Below, piece after piece: positions 1-11,129 of a stretch of DNA of 64,000 nt. The position numbers were made by a program, and so were the translations under genes. Each line of letters starts with the position of its first letter. The stretch's first letter is position 1. Origin of the DNA: the human T2T-CHM13v2.0 reference genome, Homo sapiens; contig CP068257.2 of the NCBI GenBank assembly GCA_009914755.4, positions 43,360,001-43,424,000 on the forward strand. The letters are read 5' to 3'. The notes under the pieces are model-generated. The model did not search any database, was not told where the DNA came from, and saw only the letters and a program-made list of their open reading frames with translations.

Positions 1-528
1 CTGCTCAGGTCCCACAGCCCTGCTGGTTCAGACGCCAGCGCCGTGTGGACTCTGAAGCCTCGCTGGCCTGGCTCTCCCTCCACCCCACCCAGGGCCACGA
101 GTGCTGTGCCGTAGAGGCGTCCCTTGGGCAGTGGTGGTGGCAGTGGAGACAGCCTGGCCTCCTCCTGCACGCCCTCGCCATCCCTGCTGTGTGGAGCTGT
201 CCCCGCACCGGGCCGCGGGCTGGCAGCAGGGACAGTAGCCAGAGTCTGGCCTGCCCCCTCTGGACCTCCTGCGCCCCAGTCCCCATCTTCTGAGGGTGGG
301 AGGGGTCCCCTGGCCTGGGCCCCATCAGACACCTTCCAGCCTCCCTGGGACGGGGAGAGACAGGTGCACGAGGAGTGGGGCTCAGCCGGGCTGAGCTCAA
401 CCTCTGACCCTGCAGGGAGTGGTTTGGGGACCCCCCTGGCCTCAGTTTCCCTCATCTGAAACAGGAACCTGGACATGTCCTTGGAGCCTCTGCCCATGCC
501 ACAGTCCTTGACCCACCCTCCAGAAGGT

Positions 529-651
529 TTGGCAGGGAGCCTGGCAGGATGGTGCCCTGTCCCCTCACCTTGGCAGGGAGCCTGGCGGGATGGTGCCCTG
601 TCCCCTCACCTTGGCAGGGAGCCTGGCGGGATGGTGCCCTGTCCCCTCACC
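529..651. repeat. 41-bp tandem repeat x3 (ttggcagggagcctggcRggatggtgccctgtcccctcacc)
   Basis: Three head-to-tail copies read directly in the sequence, differing by one A/G. Confidence 0.9.
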
Positions 652-3600
652 TTGGGCTGGGAGCTTCGCAGGGGGAGCAGCTTCTGTGCTTCGTGCTAGG
701 AGCCTCTTGGGGAAGGCACTGTGTGCCACCCTGCCTCTCCGGGGAGAACAGGGCTGGTAACACGGGCCTGGCTCCCTGAAGACGGTTGGGGAGGCATGGC
801 CAGAGCTGCTTCCCAGGCCAGTTCTGCCTACCTCTCGCCCGAGACAAGCCCTGTGCAGAGCAGCGGCTCACCAGACAGCGGCCCAGGGGGCCCTTCCGTT
901 CTCAGAAAAGGGGAATAGGAACCCTTCACTCTTGTCTGTCCCTGCCAGCCAGGGTTCCAGGGCTCTGGGGCTCTGTGCAGGGTTGGGGCTCGCATCTGTG
1001 TGGATCCCGGGAACCTGACAAAAGGCCAGGCTGTGCGGCACCATCTTGGCCGTGGGGCCAGTCCTGGGCGTGACCAGTGCCCGGGACCCCCGACCGGGCA
1101 GTACGGCGGCTCTGCGCAAACGTCCCCCCTGCAGGGTCAAGCAGAACTGTGGTCGCTGCCAGGCTGCCTGGCACCTCAGCACCTCGGCCCTCACTGCCCA
1201 CAGGAATCTGTCAGGAGCCCCACCCCGGCCATGAGCTCGGGGGGCTGGCGCCCCTGGGCTGGGCATGGCGCCGGGCAGAGGCTCATGGATCTGTTGAGTG
1301 GATGGACAGACACAGCCCACAGGTGAGCGATGGCCTTGCCAGTGTGGACCTGTGTTCCTGCAAGGCTGCTTTAAATTGCTTTTGATAAATTGATTTCCCA
1401 CTGACTTGTTATATTTTCAGAAACATTTCCTCTGTTTTCACTCATGACTGAGCTTTCCGTCGGCCGTGGCCCCCACGTGTAGCAGGCACCTGCAGGCTGC
1501 CCATCTTCACCACATGTGCTCCCCACCTAAGCAATGCAGAGAGGCCGCTGTGGGGGTCGTCCCTACTCAAGGAAAAGGACTGGGCTGGAGGCTGGAGCCC
1601 TGAGTTAGAGCTCCACGTTGGCCGTGGCTGTGCGGTCTCCTCTTGGGTAGGGTGTTGGCCACTTCTCAGGGCACCCGGCTGGAGCCTCATTCACTGTGAA
1701 GTGACTGCAGATGTCTGAGGAAGAGGCACCTGCTCCTTCAGGTCCCTCTGCTCACCAGGTACTGGGCACCTCTCCGGAGCTGGAGCTCTCAGTCAGCAGA
1801 CACTTGGCGGCCAGGGACGGTCAGGCCTCAGAGCAGAGCTGGAAAACAGAGGGCATCAGACAAACATCACGTGGCTCTGCAGGACCCGGGGCAGGGGCCT
1901 CCAGGATGGAGAGGCTGGGCTGTGTTGGTGGCAGGTGGCCGGGAGGATGCCCCGGGGACCTCACAGCTGTTGTTGCACCCCTAAAACTCCCTCTGCCCAG
2001 AGTCCTTAGGGAGTCCGTGCTGCGCAGGTGCTGGGGCCGCTGTGCGGTGCTGTCCGAGTCACTGTGTGGAGCTTAGCTCAGCGCTTTGCTTTGAGATCAG
2101 CCAGGCAGGAATATTTACACCACAGTAACTGGCAAACACTGCACATGGGCAGCCGGGTGTCAGATGGGCACCCTGGCGCTGGAGATTTCACTGGCCAGAC
2201 CCCCACCCCCAATTCCACAGGAAACCCAAGAGGGACGGTGCTCACCGTCCTCCCCTGGTGGGCTCTCAGTCCATTCCTGGGTCACAGCGGCGCCCCACGC
2301 AGGCTGCCCCACAGGGACTCCACCCTGGGCGCCATGCTGGCATCTCTCCCCCAAGTTCCTGTGTCATGGGCATTAACACAGTGAGGACAACACCTCCAGG
2401 CACCCATGCTGGGCGTGGAGCATGGATGGGAAGGCCACAAGTCCTGAGGGCCGCTTGTTACGTGGCCTGGCCCCACCCATCCCCACCTCCGTGGTCAGGG
2501 AGTTGCTGGCTGCTGCCGTAGAGGACGAGTGATTGCAGGCACCTGTGCGTCTCACGTGTGATGCCTTCTTACCAAACTCGCAAAACCTGCAGAGCCTCGG
2601 GTTCCCAGCAAGCTGCCTCTGCCCGCCAAGGAAGAGCATTCTGGAAACTGCCGCTGAGGCTGCTGCGCTTCCTCGCCCACACTCAGCACTTCCAGCGTGA
2701 CCACCCCTTTGTCCGGGCGGACCCTCCAGTCAGAGGAGCCAGGGCTCAACAGAAACCTGTCCTGGGCGTGCACCCGAATGAACCGAAAACCTGTATTCAC
2801 ACAAAACCCGGGAGTGAATGTGGAGAGATGCTGGTGTGTAACCCCCTACGCGCTGGAGAGAACTCAGGTGCCCATCACCGGCGAGGGGATAAAACAGCTG
2901 CGGACCCCCCATACCGCAGAATCTTGGGGGCAAAAGGCACGCGCTGGCACTTCACAGCACAGGCGAGTCCTAAACGCGCTTTTCTAAGTGAAGGAAGCCA
3001 GACAGGCCGCATCCTGTGAGACCTCATTTCTGTAACATTCCGGAAAAGGCAAAACTTTGGCGACAGAGCAGAGACGTAAATCGGATCCAAAACCAGACCC
3101 TGCAGATTTCCGCACCGCCTCAGCCTAAGCTGCGCGAGCCGAAGCCTGGACCCCGCAAGTACTCATGGCTCTTCTGCCCCGGGGTGTCTGTGACTCCAAG
3201 TGCACCCTGAGAAGAAGCCCCCCGTCACTCGTCCTGGGGGCACAGCAGTAGGTGGCCAGGCCAGTGCCCCTGACCACACACACTGAGGACGCTTTCCACC
3301 CTATCGGCTTCCTTTCTTGGCGTGGTGGCTCCTGCCCAGTGACTCACGCACAGAGAGTGGCAGGAAGCCAGGGAGGACGGGCTGGCAGAGCTCTGAGCGA
3401 GGAGCATGGACACCAGCTTGGGCCAGGGCCTGTGGGGCAGGAGAGGCCGAGAGGCAGCGTGGGCTCTGAGGCTGGGCCTTGGTCGCGCTCGCTCAGCCCG
3501 GGGCCTGGTAGCAGCAGGGACGTACACAGACGTGGAGGGGCATCCGGGCAGGAGCCGTGGACATGGGAGCCCCACACGCCTGAGAGCATGGCACGCACCC

Positions 3601-4230
3601 ACGTGGCCACGAGGGGCCAGGACGCAGCCGGTTTGCGGCTGAACCAGAACTGCAGTCGGGGTGTCCTGCATTCCCTAGGCTCGTGCTCCCACCCCCTGCC
3701 CACGAGTGTCTGCAGAGGAAGGCGGCCCTGGATCCAGCCGTGGCAGCAGGGGGTGGGTCCGGCAGCCCATGTCCCCGCGTGGAGGTCCCGGGAGGTCCGG
3801 CCCCCTGCAGGGCACCCATGCTGGGGCAGTGGATCCCGAGATGCTGAGCTGGGGCAACAGGCCTGGAGGCGCGGCTCTGCACCCCCAGAACTTGGTCTCA
3901 GCCCTGAGCTTGCCAGGATGGCCAGGTGTGAATGCGGCCAGGCTGGAGGCCCAACGTCCCGTGCAGCTACTGAGTCAGCCCTGCTCACCTGGAGGCTGCT
4001 GCCCCTCGAGGTACTGTTGTCCCGAGCCCATAGTCAGTCCCCGCCTGGGGTCTGGCGTCTGCCCTGCTAACTCTCCTGTGAGTGGGCTGGGCACGGAGGC
4101 TGAACGACTGTGTCTGCCCCTGCCCCTGCCCCCTTAGGCCTCCAGGGAGCTGCTCCAGAAAGTCCAAGAGCCAGCACCGCGGCCAGCTGGTCTGTCCTTG
4201 CAAGAGGCCGCGATACAGCCTTGACACCCA

Positions 4231-4566
4231 GGGGCTGAGAAGGGAGCTGGGGAGGGGCTGGAGAGGGGCTTGGGGAAGACCTGGGGAGGGTCTGGGGAGA
4301 GTGCTGGGGAGGGGTCAGGGAGGGGGGCTGGGGAGGGGGTTGGGGAAGGGTGGGGCAAGGATCTGGGGAAGTGTTGCGGAGGGGTGGGGGAGGGGTTAGG
4401 GAGGGGGCTGGGGAGGGGTTGGGGATGGAGCTAGGGAGGGGCTGTGGAGGGAGCTGGGGTGGGAGCTGTGGGGGGAGCTGGGGATGGGCTGGGGAGGGAT
4501 CTGGGGAGGGGTTAGGGAGGGAGCTGGGGAGGGAGTTGGGTGAGGGGCTTGGGAGGGGGCTGGAGG
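4231..4566. repeat. G-rich minisatellite, about 12-14-bp units of type GCTGGGGAGGGR, about 25 copies
   Basis: Run of ggggaggggctgg / ggggagggtctgg variants on the + strand. Strong G-strand asymmetry. The translated ORFs over it are low-complexity G/W/E/R. Confidence 0.85.
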
Positions 4567-6739
4567 CCACTCAAGTCAGGACGAAGAAGATGCCGGTTTG
4601 TGCGGCGGTGCAGGGAGTGCCCTGCCTGCTGGCGTGCCCTTGACACGCAGACAGGGAGAGGCTGAGTGGACTTGATCAGAACAGCCCCTGCGGGCATTCA
4701 CACCACCTCCTGTGGTCACCCCTAGTGGAAGGAAGGCCCAGCAAGGAGACCTTGACCTCGCTGGCCCTGGGGCTGGGACCGGCGCCCTGGACAGTGTCCA
4801 CTCTCCCATTTCCATGGAACCACCATCCTCTCGGGCCTCCCCAGCCGCCAGCACACGTCCTGGAGTAGAGCCCTGTGAGGGGCCTGCCGCGTGCAGGGGG
4901 AGGGGTGTATCACGTGGGGTGGGACGAGGCTCATCTCTGGGCCTGGGGCCCCAGTACCGTCCTCTTAGGGCAGCGAGCTGCCTCCCAGTCCCCACGACCT
5001 CTGCTTGGGATGTGGGGCCTGACCCGTTCCTGCTACCAAAACCCAACTCAAGAGTTTTCCCAGATGCCCCCGGGACCCATAAAGCCTCGAAGGAAGCCAG
5101 GTTGGTGCCAGGCCCAGCTCTGTCTCCCACCTGCTAGGTGCCTGCTTGGGCTGCCCCCTCATCTGGAAGGGGTGCTAAGTGCCAGGACAGCGCCCCAGGT
5201 CCGGGGCACTCATGAGTGACAGCATCCTCCAGGTGTGGACTACAGGGTAGTCGGGCAACTGGGATCCTGCTCCTGGCCCAGCGCAGCGGAAAGGACAGAG
5301 CCAGACCCTCCAGCCACCCCTTCCAGGCTGTCTCCTTGTCCTCAGAGTGGGCAGAAGATCCCTGCCCTCCCCACCTGCCTGCTGTGGGGTCAGCTAAGAC
5401 AATGGGTGTGGGACCCTCCACAAGAACAGCCCCCTGTTAACAAAATGAGACTTGAAGGAGTGAGAGCACTTCGGGGGGCCGGGTTTGTCAGGCAGAGATT
5501 GCACCAGGCAGGGGGCCGAGACTTTGGAGAGGACCTGGCTGGAGCACTCGTCTGCACACAAGGAAAACAAAGGCTCAAAGACAGGGCAGAGTTCAGACCC
5601 TCCGTTCCCAAAGTGGTGCCCCCCACCCCTCCCAGGACTGTGTCCACACAGTGGTGCCCGCCAGGGTGGGCAGGAGGTGTCCATGGACATGACTACAGCA
5701 AGGCCAGGGGCCGAGAGGGAAGGGTCAGGGAAGACTGGCCAGCTCGAGGGGATCACAGAGGCTGCCCTGGCCTTGTTCCTAGCGGACAAAATAGGACTGA
5801 CAGCTACAGACAAAGCCAGGCACAGCCCAGCACAAAGACAGACAGCCGAGGAACTGTGGTGCCCCAGTAGTTAAGGGCCAGAAAGAACATTTTTAAAGAT
5901 GTCAGGGTTGGCTGCCAGAATCCTCTTGTACAACATTCCATGACTGGGAGTTGTTGGGGACTTGAGTTCCAGGCTGGCTCTGCCCAGCCTTGAAAGCCTG
6001 GCTGGGCCTCGGTTGCCTCCTTGGAAAATGAGGGGCTAGACTGAGGCCCTGGGGGTCCTGGCTGTGCCCAGAGCCTGCCGTGCCAGGCCCACGAGGAGAG
6101 GTCAGGGCTGGGGGTGCCGAGCCAGCTTCCCCAGGCTCCGGGTCAGGTTATCCAGGTGGGAGGGAGGCCTAGCACCTCCCCCACTCCGAGGTCTGGCTTC
6201 TAGAATCTCCTGCAGAAACACAAACCCATCTCACTACACTGTAAACACAACATCCTTGGAATTGGAAATCAATGGCAGATGCAGGCAGATTCAGCCTCCA
6301 AAGCCACAGAAGGGCTGGGAGCGGACCGGAGCCAGGAGTTGCCACGGGAGGTGGGTGCCTGGGAGCCCCAGCACAGAGGTGGCCCCTCTCAGGCCAGGCT
6401 GGGCCGCAGCATCTGTGGGCCCCTCCACGCCCCCTCCCATCCGTGCTGGCCCCATTGGCCTGGGCTCGCAGCTGGACTGCTTCCTGGGTGGAGGCACCAG
6501 GGCCCACAGTGGTACGGCCTGGCATTGGTGCAGGCTTTTAAGCATAGATGGCATCTTTAACAAAAATGGGCTCTCACAGAATGTTTTTAAATTAAAATGT
6601 AATTCACATACCTCGGAATTTACCTCTTGAAAGTCCAGGCAGTTCAGCGGCATCCGGTCCACCCCCACTGCGGTGCAGTGCCAGGGTGAGCCAGCCACCC
6701 CCGGCGGGAGAAACACCATCCCCACAGCCGGCGCTCCTG

Positions 6740-7097
6740 TGCCCCCTCCTCCCAGCCCCTGGCAGGCCTCGCCTCTGTGCGTTTCCCATGGATGAGGTCA
6801 TAGAGCGCGTGGCCTTCCGTGTCTGCCTCTTCCGGGCAGCAGCATGGTGGGTGTTTCTGAGGCTCCTCCGTGTCGCTCCACCCGTCAGCACTTCATGCCT
6901 CTCGGGGCTGGGCCACATTTCGTTGCAGGGATGGGCCACGTTTTTAACCTGTCCATCAGCGGACGGACGTTTGGGCTGATTTTATCTTTTGGCTATGATG
7001 AATAACGCGGTGATCAACATTGATTCACAAGTTTTGTGCGGACCCGTTTTCAGTTGTCCTGAGTATCAGCCCGGGCCTAGACTTCCCGGGTTATATG
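6740..7097 (-). mobile_element. Old L1 (L1M-type) 3'UTR fragment, antisense, heavily GC-converted
   Basis: Aligns by eye to the L1M 3'UTR antisense consensus (...ttatccattcacctgttgatggacatttgggttg...ggctattatgaataaagctgctatgaacattc...) with many A/T to G/C replacements (ccatcagcggacggacgtttgggctg; ggctatgatgaataacgcggtgatcaacattg). Confidence 0.5.
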
Positions 7098-7512
7098 GTG
7101 ATACAGTTTAAACGCATGTCCTTGCCAAGCCTCGTGTTGAACTGTCATCCCCCGTGTTGGAGGTGGGGCCTGGGGGCAGGTGTTTAGGTCACGGGCGTGA
7201 CTCCCTCAGGAATGGCTTGAGCCATCCCCGTGGTGAAGAGTGAGCTCTCACTCTGGGTTCCTGTGAGATCTGGTGTTTAAACGTGTGTGGCACCTCCCCG
7301 ACCCCGCTGCTCCCGCTTTCACCACGTGACTCGCCTGCTCCCCCTTCACCTTCCACCATGAGTAAGAGTTTCCTGAGGCCTCCCCAGAGGAAGAAGCCCT
7401 TATGCTCCTGTACAGCCTGCAGAACTGTGAGCCACTTAATCCTCTTCTCTTATAAATGACCTGGTCTCAGGTATTTATAGCTCCATAAAAACAGCTTAAC
7501 ACGTATGGTAAC
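7098..7512 (+). mobile_element. ERVL-MaLR solo LTR (MST/THE1-like)
   Basis: Contains ...cttccaccatgagtaagagtttcctgaggcctccccag...cctgcagaactgtgagccacttaatcctcttctcttataaatgacctggtctcaggtatttatagc..., the characteristic 3' half of MaLR LTRs. It is inserted within the L1 3'UTR; the flanking tatggt is a possible TSD. Confidence 0.55.
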
Positions 7513-7700
7513 TCTGTGTCTAAGCATACAAGATTAAAAAAATACATTCACACCGTCTTCTGTATTGACTTCCATGGTTACCTTTACTAATGTTTTTATT
7601 TCTTCAAGTTGGTGTGAGTGGCTGTCTAGTGTCCTTACATTTCAGCCTGTAGACCTCCTTGTAGTTATCTGGTCTGCTAGTGATGAATTATCTCAGATTT
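7513..7700 (-). mobile_element. Continuation of the L1M 3' region (antisense) after the LTR insertion
   Basis: acgtatggtaactctgtgtctaa... resumes the L1 consensus catatggtaactctatgtttaac. Confidence 0.4.
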
Positions 7701-7719
7701 TGTTTAAAAACTGTTAAAA

Positions 7720-7875
7720 ATATTGATATATAGTATGTATACACACACACATATATAATTGTATTTATATTTAGAATTTTTAATATATATAGTTTTATAT
7801 ATAATACATGGTATTTATATAATTTTATTTATATTTTATCATTTTATTTTGTTTATTTATTTGTATTAATTTCTC
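7720..7875. repeat. AT-rich simple/low-complexity repeat ((TA)n, (TATTT)n-like)
   Basis: tatatagtatgtatacacacacacatatataattgtatttatatttagaatttttaatatatatagttttatatataat... Confidence 0.85.
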
Positions 7876-7924
7876 CTTCACTCCTGAAGGATAGCTATAC
7901 TATTATACAATTCTCGGTTGGCAG

Positions 7925-9300
7925 TCTTTTTCTTTCAGCACTTTGAATATGTCATCCTACTGCTTTCTGGCCTCATGACTTCTAATAAGTCATCTGTTAA
8001 TCTTATTTAGGATTCCTTGTATGAGATGAGTCCCTTCTCTCTTGCTATTTTTAGAATTCTCTCCGCTTTTCACGTTTCACAGCTTGATTATGATGTGTCT
8101 GGGTGTGGGTCTCTCTGAGTTTATTCTACTTGGAGTTTGTTGAGCGTCTAGGATGTGTAGATTAATGTTTTCATCAAAGTTGAGTTGGCTGTTATTTTTT
8201 CAAATATTCTTTCTTCCCTTGCCTCTGTCTCCTCTCCTTGTGGGACTTCATGATGTGTGTGTTTGTGTGGTTGATGGTGTCCCGGAGGTCTCTGAAGGTC
8301 TCTGTTCATTTTTCATCATTCATGTTGTTTTCGCTGCTGTTCTGTTTCTCAAGCTGGACAGGCTGACCTGTCTTCTAGTTTGTCCATTCTTCTGCCTGCT
8401 CAAATTTCTGGTGAGCCCCTACAATGAAAGCTTCATTTGAGTTATTGTACTTTTCACCTCCAGAATTTTTTTAAAGAAATAATTTACATCTCTTTGTTGT
8501 ATTTTCTACTTGGTGATACACTGTTCTCATACTTTCTTTTAGCTCTTTATACATAGTTTCCTTTAGTTCTTTGGACCTATTTAAAGCAACTGATTTAAAG
8601 TCTTTGTCCGTAACTCTAATCTCTGGGCTTTCTCAGGGACAGATTCTATTGTTTGCTTTTTTCCCCATGTTTGAGACTTCTTAAAATTTCTTTGTATATC
8701 TCTAAAACTCTTTTTTGAAAACTGGACATTTAATATAATAGAATGTTGTAATTCTAGAAATCAAATTCTCTTCCCTTCCCCGAGTTTGTTGTTTCTACTT
8801 GTTATTGTTGTTATTTGTTTAGTGATTTCTGGACAAATTCTGTCGAATCTATATTCTTTATCATGTGTGCCCACTGAAGTCTCTGCTCGCTTAGCTTAGT
8901 GGCCATCGAATAATTGGGCAGAGATTTCCTTAAGCATCTGGAACTGAAGAGTCTCCGTCTATGCTGAGGAGCTCCGTACAGTGATGGGGCATGCCGTCAA
9001 CACTCAGCCAGGCAGCTGTCAACTCTGCCTCAGCCTTCACTGCCTGCCTAACGATTAGTGGGAGATGAGCACGTGTACAGCCCTGGGCATGAGCATGGCC
9101 TTTGAGGTTCCCAGGAGTATGCAGGAGCTTTTCAGATCTCCCTATGGATGTCTCATTCCCCCAGATTTTCCTGTTAAACATTTTTGTTAGCCTATTTCCC
9201 CCCCCAACCTGTTATCCACTGCCTCAGGCACCTGCAATGTTAAATAATTGCCTGGTTTTTTTTTTCTTCTTCTTTTTAACAAATGCCCCTGGGCTGTTCC
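7925..9300 (-). mobile_element. L1 fragment (antisense of ORF1 3' region / inter-ORF / 5' part), degenerate
   Basis: ttcagcactttgaatatgtcatcctactgctttctggcctc...gattatgatgtgtctgggtgtgggtctct... matches the reverse complement of the L1 ORF1 C-terminal/inter-ORF region. The right boundary is uncertain. Confidence 0.45.
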
Positions 9301-9961
9301 TACGGGTTAAGCTCCGAGTCAATCAGGCAAAGATAGTCTTGCAAGTAGAGTCTTCCACGGAACAGAGAGGCAGCTCAGATAATGACAGTTCTCCGGGAAG
9401 AGGCTTTGGGGGAGCTCGGCTTCAGTTCTCCACCCCAGTGGCTGCTAGGATATTGCTTTTCACTGAAATTTCATTCCTCACTGCAAATCTTTGGTTAATT
9501 TCCAGAGGTCTGAAAAAGCCGATTCTGATCATTTTTGCCAGCGTTCTCATTGCTTTCATCAATGAGGCTTTTTGGACGTCCTTATCCTGCCATTTTGCAG
9601 TCGTCATTATCTAGAATTTTAAAAACAGAGGTAATACTGACGTGAAATAAACACACTTCTAAAGCATGCAATTTGGCAAGTTTTGACATGTGTACACTTA
9701 TGAAAACATCATCACAATCAAGATAACGAACCTATGCAGCACCCCCAACATTCCCTCTTGTCCCTCTGTGCAACCCCATCCCCCTTCTGCTCTCCGAGTA
9801 ACCCCATCCCCAGGCAACCACTGATCTGTTTCTGTCACTATAGATTAGTTTGCATTTTCTAGAAACTTGTATCAGTGGAATCATCCAGTATGGTTTTTTG
9901 TTGTTGTTGCTGTTGTTGTTGTTTTGGTTTGTTTCTTTTGGTCTGGCTCTTGTCACTCAGC

Positions 9962-10131
9962 ATGATTATTCTGAGATCCGTCTGTGCTGCTGTGTGGATC
10001 AATGTGGCATATTCCTATTAGGATTCCATGGTATGGAGAGACTGCAATGATTATTCTGAGATCAATCTGTGCTGCTGTGTGGATCAATGTGGCATATTCC
10101 TATTAGGATTCCATTGTAAGGAGAGACTGCA
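9962..10131. repeat. 85-bp tandem duplication x2 inside the L1 3'UTR
   Basis: atgattattctgagatcYRtctgtgctgctgtgtggatcaatgtggcatattcctattaggattccatKgtaWggagagactgca occurs twice in tandem at about 95% identity. Confidence 0.9.
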
Positions 10132-10325
10132 GTTTGTTTACCGGTTCCCCTGTTGCTGGATATTTGGGCTGTTTCTAGTCCGTGGCCACTGCAAACAAAG
10201 CTGCTGTGAACATTCGTGAATATTTGTAGACAAGTCTTTGTATGGACGTATATGCTTTCATTTCCCTTGACAAAAAACTTAGGGTCAAAGGTCTGGATCC
10301 TGTGGGAGGCATATCATTAACTTTT

Positions 10326-10638
<313 letters not shown>

Positions 10639-10726
10639 TTAATAAACTGTCAAACTGCTATTAAAAGTGGCTGTTCCATTTTCTGCCCCCACCAGCAGTG
10701 TCAGTTTCTCCACATCCTCAGTTATT

Positions 10727-11129
10727 TGATATCTTGGTCTGCTCATGCTGCTCTAGCAAAATACCACAGAAAGGCGGTGGGGGTTAAACCACAAAAGTTA
10801 ATTTTCCCACCGTTCTAGAGGCTGGAAGTCCCTGACCAAAGTGCTGCTAGATTTGATTCCCCGTGAGGGCTCTCTCCTGGCTTGTTGACAGCCACCTCCT
10901 TGCTGTATCCTCACAGGGCCTTCACAAGTGCACACATGCAGAGAAAAAAGAGCAAACTCTCTGGTGTCTCTTCTCATAAGGACACTAATCCTATTGGATC
11001 AGGGCCCCACCTCTAGGACCTCATTTTACCTTAATTGCTTCCTTAGAGGCCCATCTCCAATACAGCCCCACTGGGGGCTAAGGCTTCAGTATACGAATTT
11101 TGGAGGGACACAGACATTCAACCATGACA
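10727..11129 (+). mobile_element. MLT1-type (ERVL-MaLR) solo LTR nested in the L1
   Basis: TG...CA termini. It contains gctgctctagcaaaataccacag...ttctagaggctggaagtcc...cctcacagggcc...cataaggacactaatcctattggatcagggccccacctctaggacctcattttaccttaattgc...cttcagtatacgaattttggagggacac. The L1 consensus is continuous across the insertion, and the insertion is flanked by the direct repeat ctccacatcctca. Confidence 0.6.

Noticed and set aside
3252-4070. 272-aa + strand ORF and a 214-aa overlapping minus-strand ORF
   Set aside because: They are mutually overlapping ORFs on opposite strands in 70% GC DNA with Gly/Arg/Pro/Ser-rich translations. This is the classic random-ORF signature.
4380-4530. gggttaggg occurrences (twice), a possible telomeric TTAGGG repeat
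   Set aside because: These are isolated hexamers inside the GGGGAGGGG minisatellite. There is no tandem (TTAGGG)n array.
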